Shown here: in pieces, positions 1-10,543 of the stretch
How positions within the stretch are numbered: position 1 is the first letter of the stretch
Layout of the letters: each line of letters starts with the position of its first letter
Assembly (NCBI GenBank): GCA_047284725.1
Contig: JBJBEO010000001.1
Coordinates: 984,203 to 1,048,202, forward strand
Direction of reading: 5' to 3'
DNA: 64,000 nucleotides
Source: Synechococcus sp.
Lineage (GTDB): Bacteria > Cyanobacteriota > Cyanobacteriia > PCC-6307 > Cyanobiaceae
Position numbers and translations under genes: made by a program
Notes under the pieces: model-generated
The model's database searches: none
Told to the model about the DNA's origin: nothing
What the model saw: the letters and a program-made list of their open reading frames with translations, nothing else

Positions 1-33
1 ACTCGCCTCCATGCAGGAGTACCGGTAGCCTGA
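1..33 (+). CDS. 3' end of upstream gene, possibly diaminopimelate decarboxylase (partial)
   Basis: Frame 1 reads TRLHAGVPVA* and ends 22 nt before cdaA. The lysA-cdaA-uppS order is known in cyanobacteria, so the identity comes from synteny only. Confidence 0.3.
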   Translation, partial: TRLHAGVPVA

Positions 34-55
34 GGTGATTGATCGAGGAGTCTGA

Positions 56-913
56 GTGAGCTGGCCGGTGTGGTTCGACGCGCGCCTGCTTGATGTTGCT
101 CTCGCCTCTGCTCTCGGTTTCCTTCTGTTCTCTCGCATCAGTGAGCAGCGCTCTCTGTGGCTTTTGCGGGGCTACCTCCTGCTGGTTGCGTTGGCTTGGG
201 CCTTCAAGCGCTTTGAGCTGCTTCCTCTCACAGCCGCGCTCATCGAAGCGCTCGTGCTGGCCTGCTCGCTTTCCTTGGCGATTCTCTGGCAGGGGGAATT
301 GCGCCGCTTGATGGAGCTTCTGGGGACGTGGCGAATGGATGTGTTGCTGGCCAATCCCGCGAGCAAGCTGCGGGTCAAAGCCGGCACCGTGGCCCAGCTC
401 ACTGACGCCGCCGGACGCCTCTCTCAGAGTCGTCGTGGCGCGTTGATCGTGGTGGACCTTGGCAGTGATCTCCGGCCTGAAGACTTTCTCAACCCTGGTG
501 TGGGCATTGACGCCCAGCTGAGCAGTGAATTGCTGCTCAATCTCTTCGCTTCCGATACCCCTCTTCACGACGGTGCTGTTGTGGTGAAAGGAAATCGGAT
601 CGTTGCTGCCGGTGTGATCCTGCCGTTGTCCCGCCAGGGTCACAGTCGTTATGGAACCCGTCATCTGGCGGCCCTGGGGATCACCGAACGTTTTGATCGC
701 TGTATCTGTGTGGTGGTGTCGGAGGAAACTGGCACCCTGTCTCTAGCCAATCACGGCCGTCTTGAACGCCCCATCACCAGCAGCCGACTTCAGGATCTCC
801 TCACCGAGCTCATGGGCGTGACGCCCGCTGTGGCGACCGCTTCCGCTCTGCCTGTATCACCATCGTCATCTGGACGTAGCGTGTCGGTTACCAACCAGGA
901 CAGCGTGTCGTGA
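56..913 (+). CDS. cdaA: Diadenylate cyclase (membrane-anchored, DisA_N/DAC domain)
   Basis: Three N-terminal TM segments; PLHDGA and GTRHxAA motifs; VVSEETG. Confidence 0.93.
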   Translation: MSWPVWFDARLLDVALASALGFLLFSRISEQRSLWLLRGYLLLVALAWAFKRFELLPLTAALIEALVLACSLSLAILWQGELRRLMELLGTWRMDVLLANPASKLRVKAGTVAQLTDAAGRLSQSRRGALIVVDLGSDLRPEDFLNPGVGIDAQLSSELLLNLFASDTPLHDGAVVVKGNRIVAAGVILPLSRQGHSRYGTRHLAALGITERFDRCICVVVSEETGTLSLANHGRLERPITSSRLQDLLTELMGVTPAVATASALPVSPSSSGRSVSVTNQDSVS

Positions 914-1707
914 GCCGTCATTTGGCCGCCACCTCAAAGGACTCGATGCCTGGAATCTGCCCGGCTGAACTCGATCCCTGCCGTCTGCCCGCGCACGTGG
1001 CGGTCATCATGGATGGCAATGGGCGTTGGGCTCAGGCCCGTGGCCTGCCCAGGGTGATGGGGCATCGAGCAGGGGTTGAAGCTCTGAAGGCCACCTTGCG
1101 GATCTGTAGTGACTGGGGTGTGAAGGCGCTGACTGCCTACGCCTTCTCCACCGAGAACTGGTCGCGTCCCGGCGACGAGGTGAATTTTTTGATGACCCTG
1201 TTTGAACGGGTGCTGCAACGGGAGCTGCAGAGTCTCGAAGCCGAACAGGTGCGCATTCGTTTCCTGGGTGATCTCGATGCTCTCCCGGAAAAACTGCAGG
1301 CTCTGATCGCTGATGCCACAGAACGAACGGCGGCGAACACCGGCATTCACTTCAATGTCTGCACCAATTACGGCGGCCGTCGGGAGCTGGTGCTGGCGGC
1401 CCAGACTCTGGCGACGCGGGCCGCTCGGGGTGAGCTGGACCCGTCCAGCATCGACGAGAACACCCTGGCCGCTGAGCTGTTTACCGCCGGCGAACAGGAT
1501 CCAGATCTGCTGATTCGCACAAGCGGCGAACGGCGCATCAGCAATTTCCTGCTCTGGCAACTCGCCTACGCCGAGATTCATGTCACAGATGTGTTCTGGC
1601 CAGATTTCAACCGAGAAGCCCTATTGGAAGCTCTCCTGGATTACCAGGGACGAAGCCGCCGTTTTGGTGGGCTGGATGACCTGAGGGCCGGCGCTCTGGG
1701 ATCCTGA
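910..1707 (+). CDS. uppS: Undecaprenyl diphosphate synthase (isoprenyl transferase)
   Basis: [42 protein letters not shown]. Confidence 0.97.
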   Translation: MSRHLAATSKDSMPGICPAELDPCRLPAHVAVIMDGNGRWAQARGLPRVMGHRAGVEALKATLRICSDWGVKALTAYAFSTENWSRPGDEVNFLMTLFERVLQRELQSLEAEQVRIRFLGDLDALPEKLQALIADATERTAANTGIHFNVCTNYGGRRELVLAAQTLATRAARGELDPSSIDENTLAAELFTAGEQDPDLLIRTSGERRISNFLLWQLAYAEIHVTDVFWPDFNREALLEALLDYQGRSRRFGGLDDLRAGALGS

Positions 1708-1727
1708 ATAACAGCGGTACGGCCTTG

Positions 1728-2705
1728 ATGACGGACTCGGTTGCCTTGCGCCACGACTGGAGCGTGGAGGAGATCCAGGAGATCCTTGAAGCCCCGCTGA
1801 TGGAGCTGCTTTGGCGTGCTCAGGCAGTGCACCGGGAGGCGAATCCGGGTTATCGCGTGCAACTGGCGTCGTTGCTGAGCGTCAAAACCGGAGGCTGTGA
1901 AGAGGACTGTGCCTATTGCCCCCAGTCGATGCATCACAGCAGTGATGTCACCGGTCAGCCCGAGTTGGATGTGGAGCCTGTGTTGGCTCGTGCTCGGGCG
2001 GCCAAGGATGCCGGCGCTGATCGCTTCTGCATGGGCTGGGCCTGGCGGGAAATCCGTGATGGCGCCCCTTTCGAAGCGATGCTTTCGATGGTGCGTGGAG
2101 TCAGAGAGCTGGGGCTCGAGGCCTGCGTGACAGCCGGCATGCTCACCGATGAGCAGGCCACGCGCCTGGCGGATGCCGGTTTGACGTCTTACAACCACAA
2201 CCTCGACACCAGCCCTGAGCACTACGACCGGATCATCACCACCCGCTCCTACCAGGAGCGTCTGGAGACGCTGCAGCGGGTGCGCAATGCCGGCGTCACC
2301 CTCTGCTGTGGCGGCATTATCGGGATGGGGGAAACCAACCGAGATCGGGCATCGATGCTGCAGGTGCTGGCCACAATGCACCCCCACCCGGAGAGCGTCC
2401 CCCTCAATGCCCTTGTGGCCGTGGAAGGCACGCCTCTTGAAGAGCAAACACCGGTGGACCCATTGGAGTTGGTGCGCATGGTGGCAACGGCCCGGATCCT
2501 GATGCCCTGTAGCCGGGTGCGCCTCAGCGCAGGCCGCGAGACTCTGAGCCAGGAAGCCCAGATCCTGTGTCTCCAGGCTGGTGCAGATTCGATTTTCTAC
2601 GGCGAGACCCTGCTCACCACGGGCAATCCTGAGGTGGAAGCGGATCGTGCCCTCCTGGCTGCTGCTGGTGTGCAGGCCAGCTGGCAAGACTGCCCTGCGG
2701 CATGA
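1728..2705 (+). CDS. bioB: Biotin synthase
   Basis: Radical SAM motif [24 protein letters not shown]. Confidence 0.97.
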   Translation: MTDSVALRHDWSVEEIQEILEAPLMELLWRAQAVHREANPGYRVQLASLLSVKTGGCEEDCAYCPQSMHHSSDVTGQPELDVEPVLARARAAKDAGADRFCMGWAWREIRDGAPFEAMLSMVRGVRELGLEACVTAGMLTDEQATRLADAGLTSYNHNLDTSPEHYDRIITTRSYQERLETLQRVRNAGVTLCCGGIIGMGETNRDRASMLQVLATMHPHPESVPLNALVAVEGTPLEEQTPVDPLELVRMVATARILMPCSRVRLSAGRETLSQEAQILCLQAGADSIFYGETLLTTGNPEVEADRALLAAAGVQASWQDCPAA

Positions 2706-3673
2706 GCACTGCAGCTCACAACCCCCTTCTGGTCGCGGCGTTCTACGCCTTTACTCCGCTAACGGAGGCCACCAGAGCCCAGTTACTGGAGGCTCTCCCC
2801 GGGCTTGCTGAGACCGGTGATGTGCGTGGATCAGTGCTGGTGGCCCTTGAAGGGGTGAATGGCACCATCAGCGGGCCTGCTCCAGGTGTTGAGGCTGTGC
2901 TCAACCTGCTGCGGCAGCAGCTCACCCTGGGCGATGCGCACTTTGCCCGCCTCGAGGTCAAGCGCAGTTGGTGCGAGCAGCAGGCCTTTCGTCGTTTCAA
3001 GGCCCGTCGCAAACAGGAGATCGTCACGATGGGGTGTCCTGACGTCAGTCCGGTCCGCACGGTTGGCACCTACGTGGAACCCAGGCACTGGAATGCACTG
3101 ATCGATGATCCCGACACGCTGGTGATCGACACACGCAACAGCTACGAGGTGGCGATTGGCAGCTTTGAAGGCGCGCTTGATCCCGGCACTGAGAGTTTTC
3201 GTGAATTCCCCGCGTGGGCAGAGCGCACCTTGCGTCCGTTAGTGGAGCGCGATGCCCCCAAGCGCATCGCCATGTTTTGCACTGGAGGCATCCGTTGCGA
3301 GAAAGCGAGCAGTTACCTGCAGCAGCAGGGTTTTGGTGAGGTGCATCACCTCAGGGGAGGCATTCTCAACTATCTGGAGGAGGTGCCTGAAGCCGACAGC
3401 CGCTGGTCGGGAGAATGCTTCGTCTTCGATCAGAGGGTGGCTCTCAACCACCGCCTTGAGCAGGGTGTGTACCGGTTGTGTCATGCCTGTGGCTTGCCCC
3501 TCACCCCTGGGGAACGGCAGCTTCCGAGTTACATCCCAGGGGTCCAGTGCCTCCATTGCATGAGCCGCTTCACCGAAGCTGATCGCCAACGTTTTGCTGA
3601 GCGCCAGCGGCAGTGGGATCAAGCCAAAGCCAGTCAGCAGCCGTCTCAGTCGTCGCATCCGGCGGAGCGATGA
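2702..3673 (+). CDS. trhO: Rhodanese-domain tRNA uridine(34) hydroxylase (TrhO/YceA family)
   Basis: [34 protein letters not shown]-terminal CxxC...CxxC. Confidence 0.88.
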   Translation: MSTAAHNPLLVAAFYAFTPLTEATRAQLLEALPGLAETGDVRGSVLVALEGVNGTISGPAPGVEAVLNLLRQQLTLGDAHFARLEVKRSWCEQQAFRRFKARRKQEIVTMGCPDVSPVRTVGTYVEPRHWNALIDDPDTLVIDTRNSYEVAIGSFEGALDPGTESFREFPAWAERTLRPLVERDAPKRIAMFCTGGIRCEKASSYLQQQGFGEVHHLRGGILNYLEEVPEADSRWSGECFVFDQRVALNHRLEQGVYRLCHACGLPLTPGERQLPSYIPGVQCLHCMSRFTEADRQRFAERQRQWDQAKASQQPSQSSHPAER

Positions 3674-4665
3674 GGCTGCCGGTTCTCTACAGCTTCAGGC
3701 GTTGCCCTTATGCGATGCGGGCCCGGTGGGCGTTGCTCCAGGCTGGCCTGCTGGTGGAGTGGCGGGAGGTGGCATTACGCCATAAACCGGAGTGTCTGCG
3801 CCAGGTTTCCCCCAAAGCGACCGTGCCAGTTCTGGTCACTGCTGACGGCCGCGTGATCGATGAAAGTCTGGCGGTGATGCGCTGGGCTCTCCGGCAGGCT
3901 GATCCCTGTGACTGGCTCGGTGTGGGTCTGGCAGCAGAGCAGCGAAAGGCAATCGCGATGCTGATCGAGGAGAACGATGGGCCGTTCAAGCATCATCTTG
4001 ACCGTTTCAAGTACACGGACCGCTATCCCGGAGCCTCGCGGGAGAAGCACCAGCGCCAGGGATTGGCGTTGCTGGAATCGTGGTCAACCCGCATTGCTTC
4101 CACCGGCTGGCTGGTGGGCCAACGTTGCAGCCTGGCTGACGCAGCACTCTGGCCTTTTGTGCGGCAGTGGCGCATCGCCGATCCCATTGGTTTTGATCAA
4201 TATGCCCCTCTGGCTTCCCTGCGGTTGTGGTTGCAAAGGTTTCTTGATGCACCTGCGTTTGACCGCTTGATGCAGCGCATCGAGACCTGGCAGCCCGGCG
4301 ACCCATGCCGTTTGTTCCCTGGTGATGCAGCTCCGATCGACGTGAGTGCGCCTGTGTTTCATCTTGCGCTTGCTGATGACTGGGCTGAGGCTCAGAGGAC
4401 CGGCCGCTACTGCATCTCCAGTCGTGGGCTCAGCTTGGAGCAGGTGGGGTTCATCCATGCCTCTCAGGCTGAGCAGGTGGCCGCTACGTATCAGCGCTTC
4501 TATGCCGATGCTGGTGCTGTGGTGCTGCTGACCATCGACCCCCAGCGGATCAAGCATCCTTGGCGTGCCGACCCAGCCCCCGGGGGAGAGCGCTTCCCTC
4601 ATCTCTACGGACCGTTGCCCGTCACGGCGGTCACCGCGGTGGACCCTTATCCCACGCTCTCTTGA
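3670..4665 (+). CDS. Glutathione S-transferase fused to a C-terminal DUF952-like domain
   Basis: LYSFRRCPYAMRAR, KATVPVL and ESL (GST); GFIHAS...FPHLYGPL (DUF952-like). The ATG overlaps the trhO stop. Confidence 0.85.
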   Translation: MRLPVLYSFRRCPYAMRARWALLQAGLLVEWREVALRHKPECLRQVSPKATVPVLVTADGRVIDESLAVMRWALRQADPCDWLGVGLAAEQRKAIAMLIEENDGPFKHHLDRFKYTDRYPGASREKHQRQGLALLESWSTRIASTGWLVGQRCSLADAALWPFVRQWRIADPIGFDQYAPLASLRLWLQRFLDAPAFDRLMQRIETWQPGDPCRLFPGDAAPIDVSAPVFHLALADDWAEAQRTGRYCISSRGLSLEQVGFIHASQAEQVAATYQRFYADAGAVVLLTIDPQRIKHPWRADPAPGGERFPHLYGPLPVTAVTAVDPYPTLS

Positions 4666-5171
4666 TGACCGCTTTTTCCCTGGACTCTTTGGAGCGTCAG
4701 GCCAAGGCCAGAGACCTTCTGCTGAGGCTGAAGGTGCAACGTCCACTTGGACTCTGGACTCTGCGCCTGGTGGTGGCTGCCCCCATGGCTGACGGCCGCG
4801 CTCAGTTGCTGGCGGAACTGAAAGGCTGGGCCCACGGCGGTGGGCGCGGGTTGCAGCTCGACACGATGCGCGTGCTCCCTCAGGCACCTGCCGGTGTTGG
4901 TGCCCTGGTGTGGGCGGCCACCTGTGCCTGGGCGCTCCAGGCAACGCCCTGCCGCCAGGCCAGGTTGCTGGCCATTGAAGACGATCCCCGTCAGCATCGA
5001 CGCCTTGTTCGGTATTTCCAGAGCCTTGGCTTTCAGCCCACCCGCAGGCTTGGGTCCTCTGCTGCCGATCTGCCTCTTCGGATGATCTGGGGGGGTGCCG
5101 GACAGTTGATGATCGGAGAGGTCGATCAGGTGTTGGAGCGGTCCTCACGCCGCTGGACGTTGTCGGTTTGA
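4665..5171 (+). CDS. Conserved hypothetical protein, GNAT-like C-terminus
   Basis: TGATG coupling to the upstream gene; LLAIEDD...RLVRYFQSLGF resembles the GNAT motif. Confidence 0.65.
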   Translation: MTAFSLDSLERQAKARDLLLRLKVQRPLGLWTLRLVVAAPMADGRAQLLAELKGWAHGGGRGLQLDTMRVLPQAPAGVGALVWAATCAWALQATPCRQARLLAIEDDPRQHRRLVRYFQSLGFQPTRRLGSSAADLPLRMIWGGAGQLMIGEVDQVLERSSRRWTLSV

Positions 5172-5188
5172 TGGCGCCGGAATCAGGC

Positions 5189-6103
5189 TCAAACTGGCAT
5201 CGCCGCGTGATAGCTGCTTCGTACCAGCGGGCCACTGCGGACATGACTGAAACCCATGTCCTTGGCGCGTTGTTCAAGCCTCTCGAAGGCGTTTGGAGGC
5301 CAGTAGCGCTGCACCGGCAGGTGGGCGAGGGAAGGGCGCAGGTACTGGCCGATCGTGATCCGATCACAACCCGACTCCCGCAGAGCTTCCAGTGATGCCA
5401 ACACTTCGTTCTCGGTTTCACCCAGGCCCAGCATCAATCCGCTTTTAGTGGGAATGTCGGGTGCGATCTCCTTCGCGACTGCAAGCAGACCCAGGGACCG
5501 TTCATAGGTGGCGCCGCGACGCACCTCCCCCTGGAGGCGTTGGACGGTTTCCAGGTTGTGGTTGAAGCACACCGGCTGGGCATCCAGCACCGTTTGCAGG
5601 CGTGCGCGCTGCGCCTCGATTCCAGTTTTGAGGTCGGCATGACCGCCCCAGAAATCGGGAGTGAGCACCTCGATCGCCACCAGGGGATTGCGGGCCCGGA
5701 TCGCGGCCATCGCAGCGGTGAACAGTCCGGCGCCATGGTCGGCCAGATCATCGCGGGCCACGGCGGTCAGCACGACATAGCGCAGCCCCATGTGCGCCAC
5801 TGCATCAGCAACCCGCTCCGCCTCGGCCGGGTCGAGAGCCATCGGTGCTTTGCCTTTCTCCACTTGGCAGAAGGCGCAGCTGCGGGTGCAGATCGACCCT
5901 CCCAGGAGGAAGGTGGCGGTGCCTGCGGCGTAGCACTCAGCGCGGTTGGGGCAGCGGCCCTCCTCGCAGATCGTGTGCAGTCCGCGGGCTTTGACCAATC
6001 CCTGCACGGTCTCCAGTTGGGAGACCGTGCCCACAGGCCTCCTCAACCACTCCGGCAGGCGTTCGTGGGGGCGGATCTGGCTGTAGCGGGTGGGCTTGCT
6101 CAT
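5189..6103 (-). CDS. lipA: Lipoyl synthase
   Basis: [12 protein letters not shown] and CTRSCAFC motifs; RSSYHA. Start placed at MSKPTRY. Confidence 0.96.
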   Translation of the reverse strand: MSKPTRYSQIRPHERLPEWLRRPVGTVSQLETVQGLVKARGLHTICEEGRCPNRAECYAAGTATFLLGGSICTRSCAFCQVEKGKAPMALDPAEAERVADAVAHMGLRYVVLTAVARDDLADHGAGLFTAAMAAIRARNPLVAIEVLTPDFWGGHADLKTGIEAQRARLQTVLDAQPVCFNHNLETVQRLQGEVRRGATYERSLGLLAVAKEIAPDIPTKSGLMLGLGETENEVLASLEALRESGCDRITIGQYLRPSLAHLPVQRYWPPNAFERLEQRAKDMGFSHVRSGPLVRSSYHAAMPV

Positions 6104-6122
6104 CAGAGACCGGATCCTGAAC

Positions 6123-6722
6123 TCATTCAACGGTTCGTCGCCCTTCGAGGGCACGGGTGAGGGTGACATCGTCGGCGAATTCCAATTCGCTGCCTACTGG
6201 CAAGCCGTAGGCGATACGACTCACCACCGTGAAGGGTTTGAGCAATCTGGCCAGATACAGGCTGGTGGTGTCTCCTTCCACGCTGGGGGTGAGGGCCAGG
6301 ATCACCTCCTGCACGCCCTCTGCTTCCACCCGTTTCACGAGGCTGGTGATCTGCAACATCTCCGGGCCGATGCCATCCATCGGCGAGATCAATCCGCCCA
6401 GCACGTGATAAAGGCCGCTGTATTCGCGGGTTCGTTCCAGGGCCAGCAGGTCGCGGGAGTCGGCCACCACACAAATCACGCCGGTCCTGCGCTCAGGGTT
6501 GCGGCAGATCTCACAGCTGGGTTCAGCGCTGAGGTGGAAGCAGGTCTGGCACTGGCCCACCTGGCTGCGGGCGGCCAGCAGGGCCTCCGCAAAGCTTTGG
6601 ATTTGCTCCTCAGGCTGTCGCAGCAAATGCAGGGCCAGCCGTTGGGCTGTGCGGGGACCAATGCCCGGCAGGCGCTCGAATTGATCGATCAACCGGGCCA
6701 GCGGTCGGGTGAAGCCGCTCAG
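6123..6722 (-). CDS. recR: Recombination mediator RecR
   Basis: [13 protein letters not shown]hH, CxxC..CxxC zinc finger, Toprim domain. Probable CTG start at 6722; alternative TTG at 6692. Confidence 0.96.
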   Translation of the reverse strand: MSGFTRPLARLIDQFERLPGIGPRTAQRLALHLLRQPEEQIQSFAEALLAARSQVGQCQTCFHLSAEPSCEICRNPERRTGVICVVADSRDLLALERTREYSGLYHVLGGLISPMDGIGPEMLQITSLVKRVEAEGVQEVILALTPSVEGDTTSLYLARLLKPFTVVSRIAYGLPVGSELEFADDVTLTRALEGRRTVE

Positions 6723-6792
6723 AGCTCTGATGCAAGTGTGAGAAATCTAGGCAGGGCAATCAGGGCAGAATGGGAACACGTCAGGATCTGGG

Positions 6793-7350
6793 TTGATGCG
6801 ATCGTTGCTGCACTCACCACTTCGTCTGCTGATGACGCTGATGTGCGTGGTGATGCTCACCGCCTGCAGTGGTACGGCAGCTGGTCTCAATTCCTTTCAG
6901 AGCCCAGACGGTCGCTATGCCTTTCTCTATCCAACCGGTTGGACACGGGTGGCGGTCAGCAATGGTCCCCAGGTCGTCTTTCACGATCTGATCAACAGCG
7001 ATGAAACCGTCAGCCTGGTGGTGTCGGATGTGGATGCCGACGATGAGCTTCAGCAGCTTGGCAGTGCCGTTGCCGTCGGAGAGCGTTTGCGCCGGGATGT
7101 CATTGCCCCAGCCGGCAGTGGCCGTGATGCTCAACTGGTGGAGGCCCATGAACGTGAGGCCTCAGGCCATACGTTTTACGACCTCGAGTTTGCGGTGCAT
7201 CTTCAGGATCGCGATCGCCATGAACTCGCCACCGTGGTCGTTGATCGGGGCCGCCTCTACACCCTGGCGACCAGCACCAATGAGAGTCGCTGGCCCAAGG
7301 TGAAGGGTCTGTTCGAGAGGGTGGTCAGCTCTTTCACCCTGTTGATCTGA
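6793..7350 (+). CDS. psbP: CyanoP / PsbP family lipoprotein
   Basis: Lipobox LTAC; DGRYAFLYPTGW; RGRLYTL. Confidence 0.9.
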   Translation: MMRSLLHSPLRLLMTLMCVVMLTACSGTAAGLNSFQSPDGRYAFLYPTGWTRVAVSNGPQVVFHDLINSDETVSLVVSDVDADDELQQLGSAVAVGERLRRDVIAPAGSGRDAQLVEAHEREASGHTFYDLEFAVHLQDRDRHELATVVVDRGRLYTLATSTNESRWPKVKGLFERVVSSFTLLI

Positions 7351-7380
7351 AGCGAGCGGATGGTGCTGGTGGGCGTGTTG

Positions 7381-8319
7381 TCAGAACAGGGGGCGTGTTC
7401 GCCAGCTGTTCGCTGGTTCTGCCTCTGAAGGTTCGCTCTGCGCTTGGTGATCACGCGAAGGCCATTGCGTGTCGAGGTAGCTGATGCCGTCCAGGTCAAA
7501 CGGTCTGGCGTCGAGCTGTTCTGTGTGCAGATCGGTGGTGCCCATGGCGGTGATCAATCCCCCCAGTTCCATTGGGCCCAGATCAGTTTTGAGGTTGCGG
7601 CCTGCTGCCGTGATCAGTGCGGGGAGTCGCATCACATTGTCTGGTCTGGTGAGTGATGAAAACAGGCTCTTGATCACTAGCTGTTGCCGTTGCAATCTCC
7701 CGAAATCCCCCTCACCGTCGTTGCGCCATCGCAGGAAACCCTCAAGCTCGCGTCCTTTCAGCAGCTGTGGGCCTGGTTGCAGGTCGATGTAGAGCCCCTG
7801 CGCGTTGTCAACGTAATAGAGGCGTTTGGGGACATCCACAGTGACCCCTCCCATCAGGTCGCTGATGGTGCGGATTCCTTCAAGATTCACAAGAAGGTGA
7901 TGCTGAATCGGGCGACCCATCAGGCGGGTCAGCTCCTGTTTCACCGCGTCCGTGCCGCCGTAGGCGTAAAGAGCATTGATTTTCATCGGTCCGAACCGGG
8001 CCGAATTGATGTAGCTATCGCGGGGAATCTGGATGATCTCGGTCTGGCCGTTCTCCACCCGAATGGTGAAAATCGTATCGGTATTGCCGCCACCGGCATC
8101 CATTCCGAGCACCACCACCTCCCGATCACCGATGCTTGTCCATGAGGAGAACGGATTGCTGACCGGCAGACCCAGCAGCGACAGCTGTTCACTGCTGTTG
8201 GGGAGCAGGGTCGAAGACAAGGGGATCGACAGCAGCAGACCCGAACCAAGCCCAAGCGCGATGGAGATCGCCAGTGATCTTGCGCGTGGACCAACCCGTT
8301 CGGGCAGAGGTGTTGTCAT
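7381..8319 (-). CDS. LytR-CpsA-Psr (LCP) family protein
   Basis: N-terminal TM; GNTDTI, IPRDSY, KINALY, RWR...GDFGRLQRQQ. Confidence 0.92.
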   Translation of the reverse strand: MTTPLPERVGPRARSLAISIALGLGSGLLLSIPLSSTLLPNSSEQLSLLGLPVSNPFSSWTSIGDREVVVLGMDAGGGNTDTIFTIRVENGQTEIIQIPRDSYINSARFGPMKINALYAYGGTDAVKQELTRLMGRPIQHHLLVNLEGIRTISDLMGGVTVDVPKRLYYVDNAQGLYIDLQPGPQLLKGRELEGFLRWRNDGEGDFGRLQRQQLVIKSLFSSLTRPDNVMRLPALITAAGRNLKTDLGPMELGGLITAMGTTDLHTEQLDARPFDLDGISYLDTQWPSRDHQAQSEPSEAEPANSWRTRPLF

Positions 8320-8422
8320 GGAAAAACTCTAGATCTCGCTTGCTCTGGTGATGGAAGGAGGCGCCGTGATGCTGGGTGAAGAGAGATGCGGGTTAAGCGC
8401 GAAGGGGCTGATCCAACACGCA

Positions 8423-10510
8423 TTAGAGCAGCGGCTCGCTGATCACCATCGATGGGCAGGGCAGTTGACTGATCAGTCCACTGGTCCGGTCGCTGGCGGG
8501 GATTCGTAGGCCCGCCACCCGCCGACGCTGCGAGCGCAGGATCACCAGATCATGGTCTTTGCTCATGCGTTGGATTGTGGCGTCGATACCAGGGCCACGC
8601 ACCAGTGCAATGCGGATGTTCTGGCCCATGGCCCCACTGGGAATCCAGCGCGTCAGTTCCTGTTCCATCCACAGCCGGTCTTCGCCGCCAAAGCGGGGAT
8701 CGTGGATGTGAAGCAGCGAAATGTGGGGGGTCTTCGCTTCCGGGCATGAAGCCATCAAGCGCAGGGCGAGTTCAAACTGTTCCCTGGCACTGGCGGAGAG
8801 ATCTTTGATCGGCACCAGGATCCTGGCCAGCTGTTCGGCCTTCTGATTGGCCAGATGCACCACCACAACAGGGCAATGAGCGCTGCGACAGACGCTGTCG
8901 ACCAGGTCTCCGAACAGCCACTTGCTCAGCCTGTCGGGACGACCGGTGCCAATCAGCAGCAGGTCGGCGCCCTGCTCGAGCGCACTTCTGCTCATGCCAC
9001 CGGCAATGTCTTCATCCAGCCTCAGCAGGCAGTGGGTGGTGACCTTGAGTTGCTGGCCGATCAGGGCCGCATGGCTGAGCCGACTGCGCGCCGCGGCGAT
9101 GGCGCGATTCAGGCCTCCCCGGGCATCTTCCACACTCGGGCAAACCAGAGCCAAGGGAATCAACGTTCCACCAGCCCGTGTGGCCTGATGACCGGTCAGC
9201 AGTTTTGAGGCGATGCGCAGCAGTGCTTGTTCCGTGGCAGGGTTGGCGACTGGTACCAGGACGCTCAAGGGACGCTGCACCACCTCCGAGTAGCCGCTGG
9301 TCTGCGCGGAGGCCTGGCTGCTTGAAGGATCGCTGGGCTCCACCAGACGGGTGACCGATCGAGTCGTCAGAACCGGGCCAAGGGTGGCTGTGACAACCAT
9401 CAAGGCCAGGACGCTGTTGAGGACGACGGCATCGAGCAGTCCTGCCTGATAGCCCACGAAGGCGGTTGCCAGGGTGGCTGCGACCCTTGGGATCGACAGC
9501 GACCACATCATCAGGATCTGGTTGCCGGTGTAACGGAACCAGCGACCGGCGATCAGAGACGCGAGTCCTTTGCATCCCAGGGCCCCGATCAGCATCAGCG
9601 CCGTGAATTCGAAATTGCTGATGCTGGCGCCAAGGCTGTTGATGTCGAGCAGAAGGCCGAGGTAGATGAAAAAGATTGGAACGAACAGGGCTCCACCCAC
9701 AAAGATCACCAGCTCTTTCGTTTTGCCTTCAGGCAGCACGGAATTGACGGCAAGGCCAGCGAGGAAGGCCCCCACAATCTTCTCGACCCCGGCCAATTCG
9801 GCACCCAGGGAGGCGATGAACAGCACCAGGATCACCGCCAAGAAAACCCTGTTCTCGTCAGTGATGCTGCGCAGCCATAGCCGTTTGCCGATGGCACGGA
9901 TCCCGAACACAACCAGGGCTGCAAAGACCACGATGCTGATCAGCAGGCCGATGAATCCTGTGGGTGTGAGGTTCCCTTTCGCCAGGCCAAGGGTGACGGC
10001 AAGCAACATCAGGGCAGCGATGTCGGTGAGGATTGTGCTGCCGACGCTCACAATCACCGACTCATCTCGCTGAGCGCCATAGCTGCGCACGATCGGGTAA
10101 CCCAGTGGGGTGTGGGTGGCCATCAAGGCCCCCAACAAGAGACACGGGACGAGGCCGAGGCCAAACAAAGAGCCGATGCCAACACCGGTACCGACGCCGA
10201 GCACAAACACCAACAGTCCAAAGCTCACCGAACGGTGCTTGACCCGGTTGAATTCCTCTAGGTCGATCTCCAGCCCAACGATGAACAGCAGATAGATGGC
10301 ACCGATATCGGAGAGCAAACGAATCGTTTCTCCATCGGCGTCCAACCAGCGAAGGCCATGGGGACCGGCTACCAGCCCTGCCAGCAACAACCCCACGAGG
10401 TCGGGAAGACCAAAACGGCGGATCAGGGGCGGAACGGCCACGGTGATCGCCACCAGCAGCGCAAAGGTGCCCAGTGGGTGGTGCATCAGATGGGAGAGCG
10501 ATGCACCCAT
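8423..10510 (-). CDS. CPA2-family cation/H+ antiporter with C-terminal USP-like domains
   Basis: About 12 TM segments; LFIVGLE, GAFLAG; C-terminal LVPVANP...GDLVDSV...CPVVVV. Confidence 0.9.
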   Translation of the reverse strand: MGASLSHLMHHPLGTFALLVAITVAVPPLIRRFGLPDLVGLLLAGLVAGPHGLRWLDADGETIRLLSDIGAIYLLFIVGLEIDLEEFNRVKHRSVSFGLLVFVLGVGTGVGIGSLFGLGLVPCLLLGALMATHTPLGYPIVRSYGAQRDESVIVSVGSTILTDIAALMLLAVTLGLAKGNLTPTGFIGLLISIVVFAALVVFGIRAIGKRLWLRSITDENRVFLAVILVLFIASLGAELAGVEKIVGAFLAGLAVNSVLPEGKTKELVIFVGGALFVPIFFIYLGLLLDINSLGASISNFEFTALMLIGALGCKGLASLIAGRWFRYTGNQILMMWSLSIPRVAATLATAFVGYQAGLLDAVVLNSVLALMVVTATLGPVLTTRSVTRLVEPSDPSSSQASAQTSGYSEVVQRPLSVLVPVANPATEQALLRIASKLLTGHQATRAGGTLIPLALVCPSVEDARGGLNRAIAAARSRLSHAALIGQQLKVTTHCLLRLDEDIAGGMSRSALEQGADLLLIGTGRPDRLSKWLFGDLVDSVCRSAHCPVVVVHLANQKAEQLARILVPIKDLSASAREQFELALRLMASCPEAKTPHISLLHIHDPRFGGEDRLWMEQELTRWIPSGAMGQNIRIALVRGPGIDATIQRMSKDHDLVILRSQRRRVAGLRIPASDRTSGLISQLPCPSMVISEPLL

Positions 10511-10543
10511 GGTCAGAACCGTGTTCGCTGAGGGTTGGAAGGG

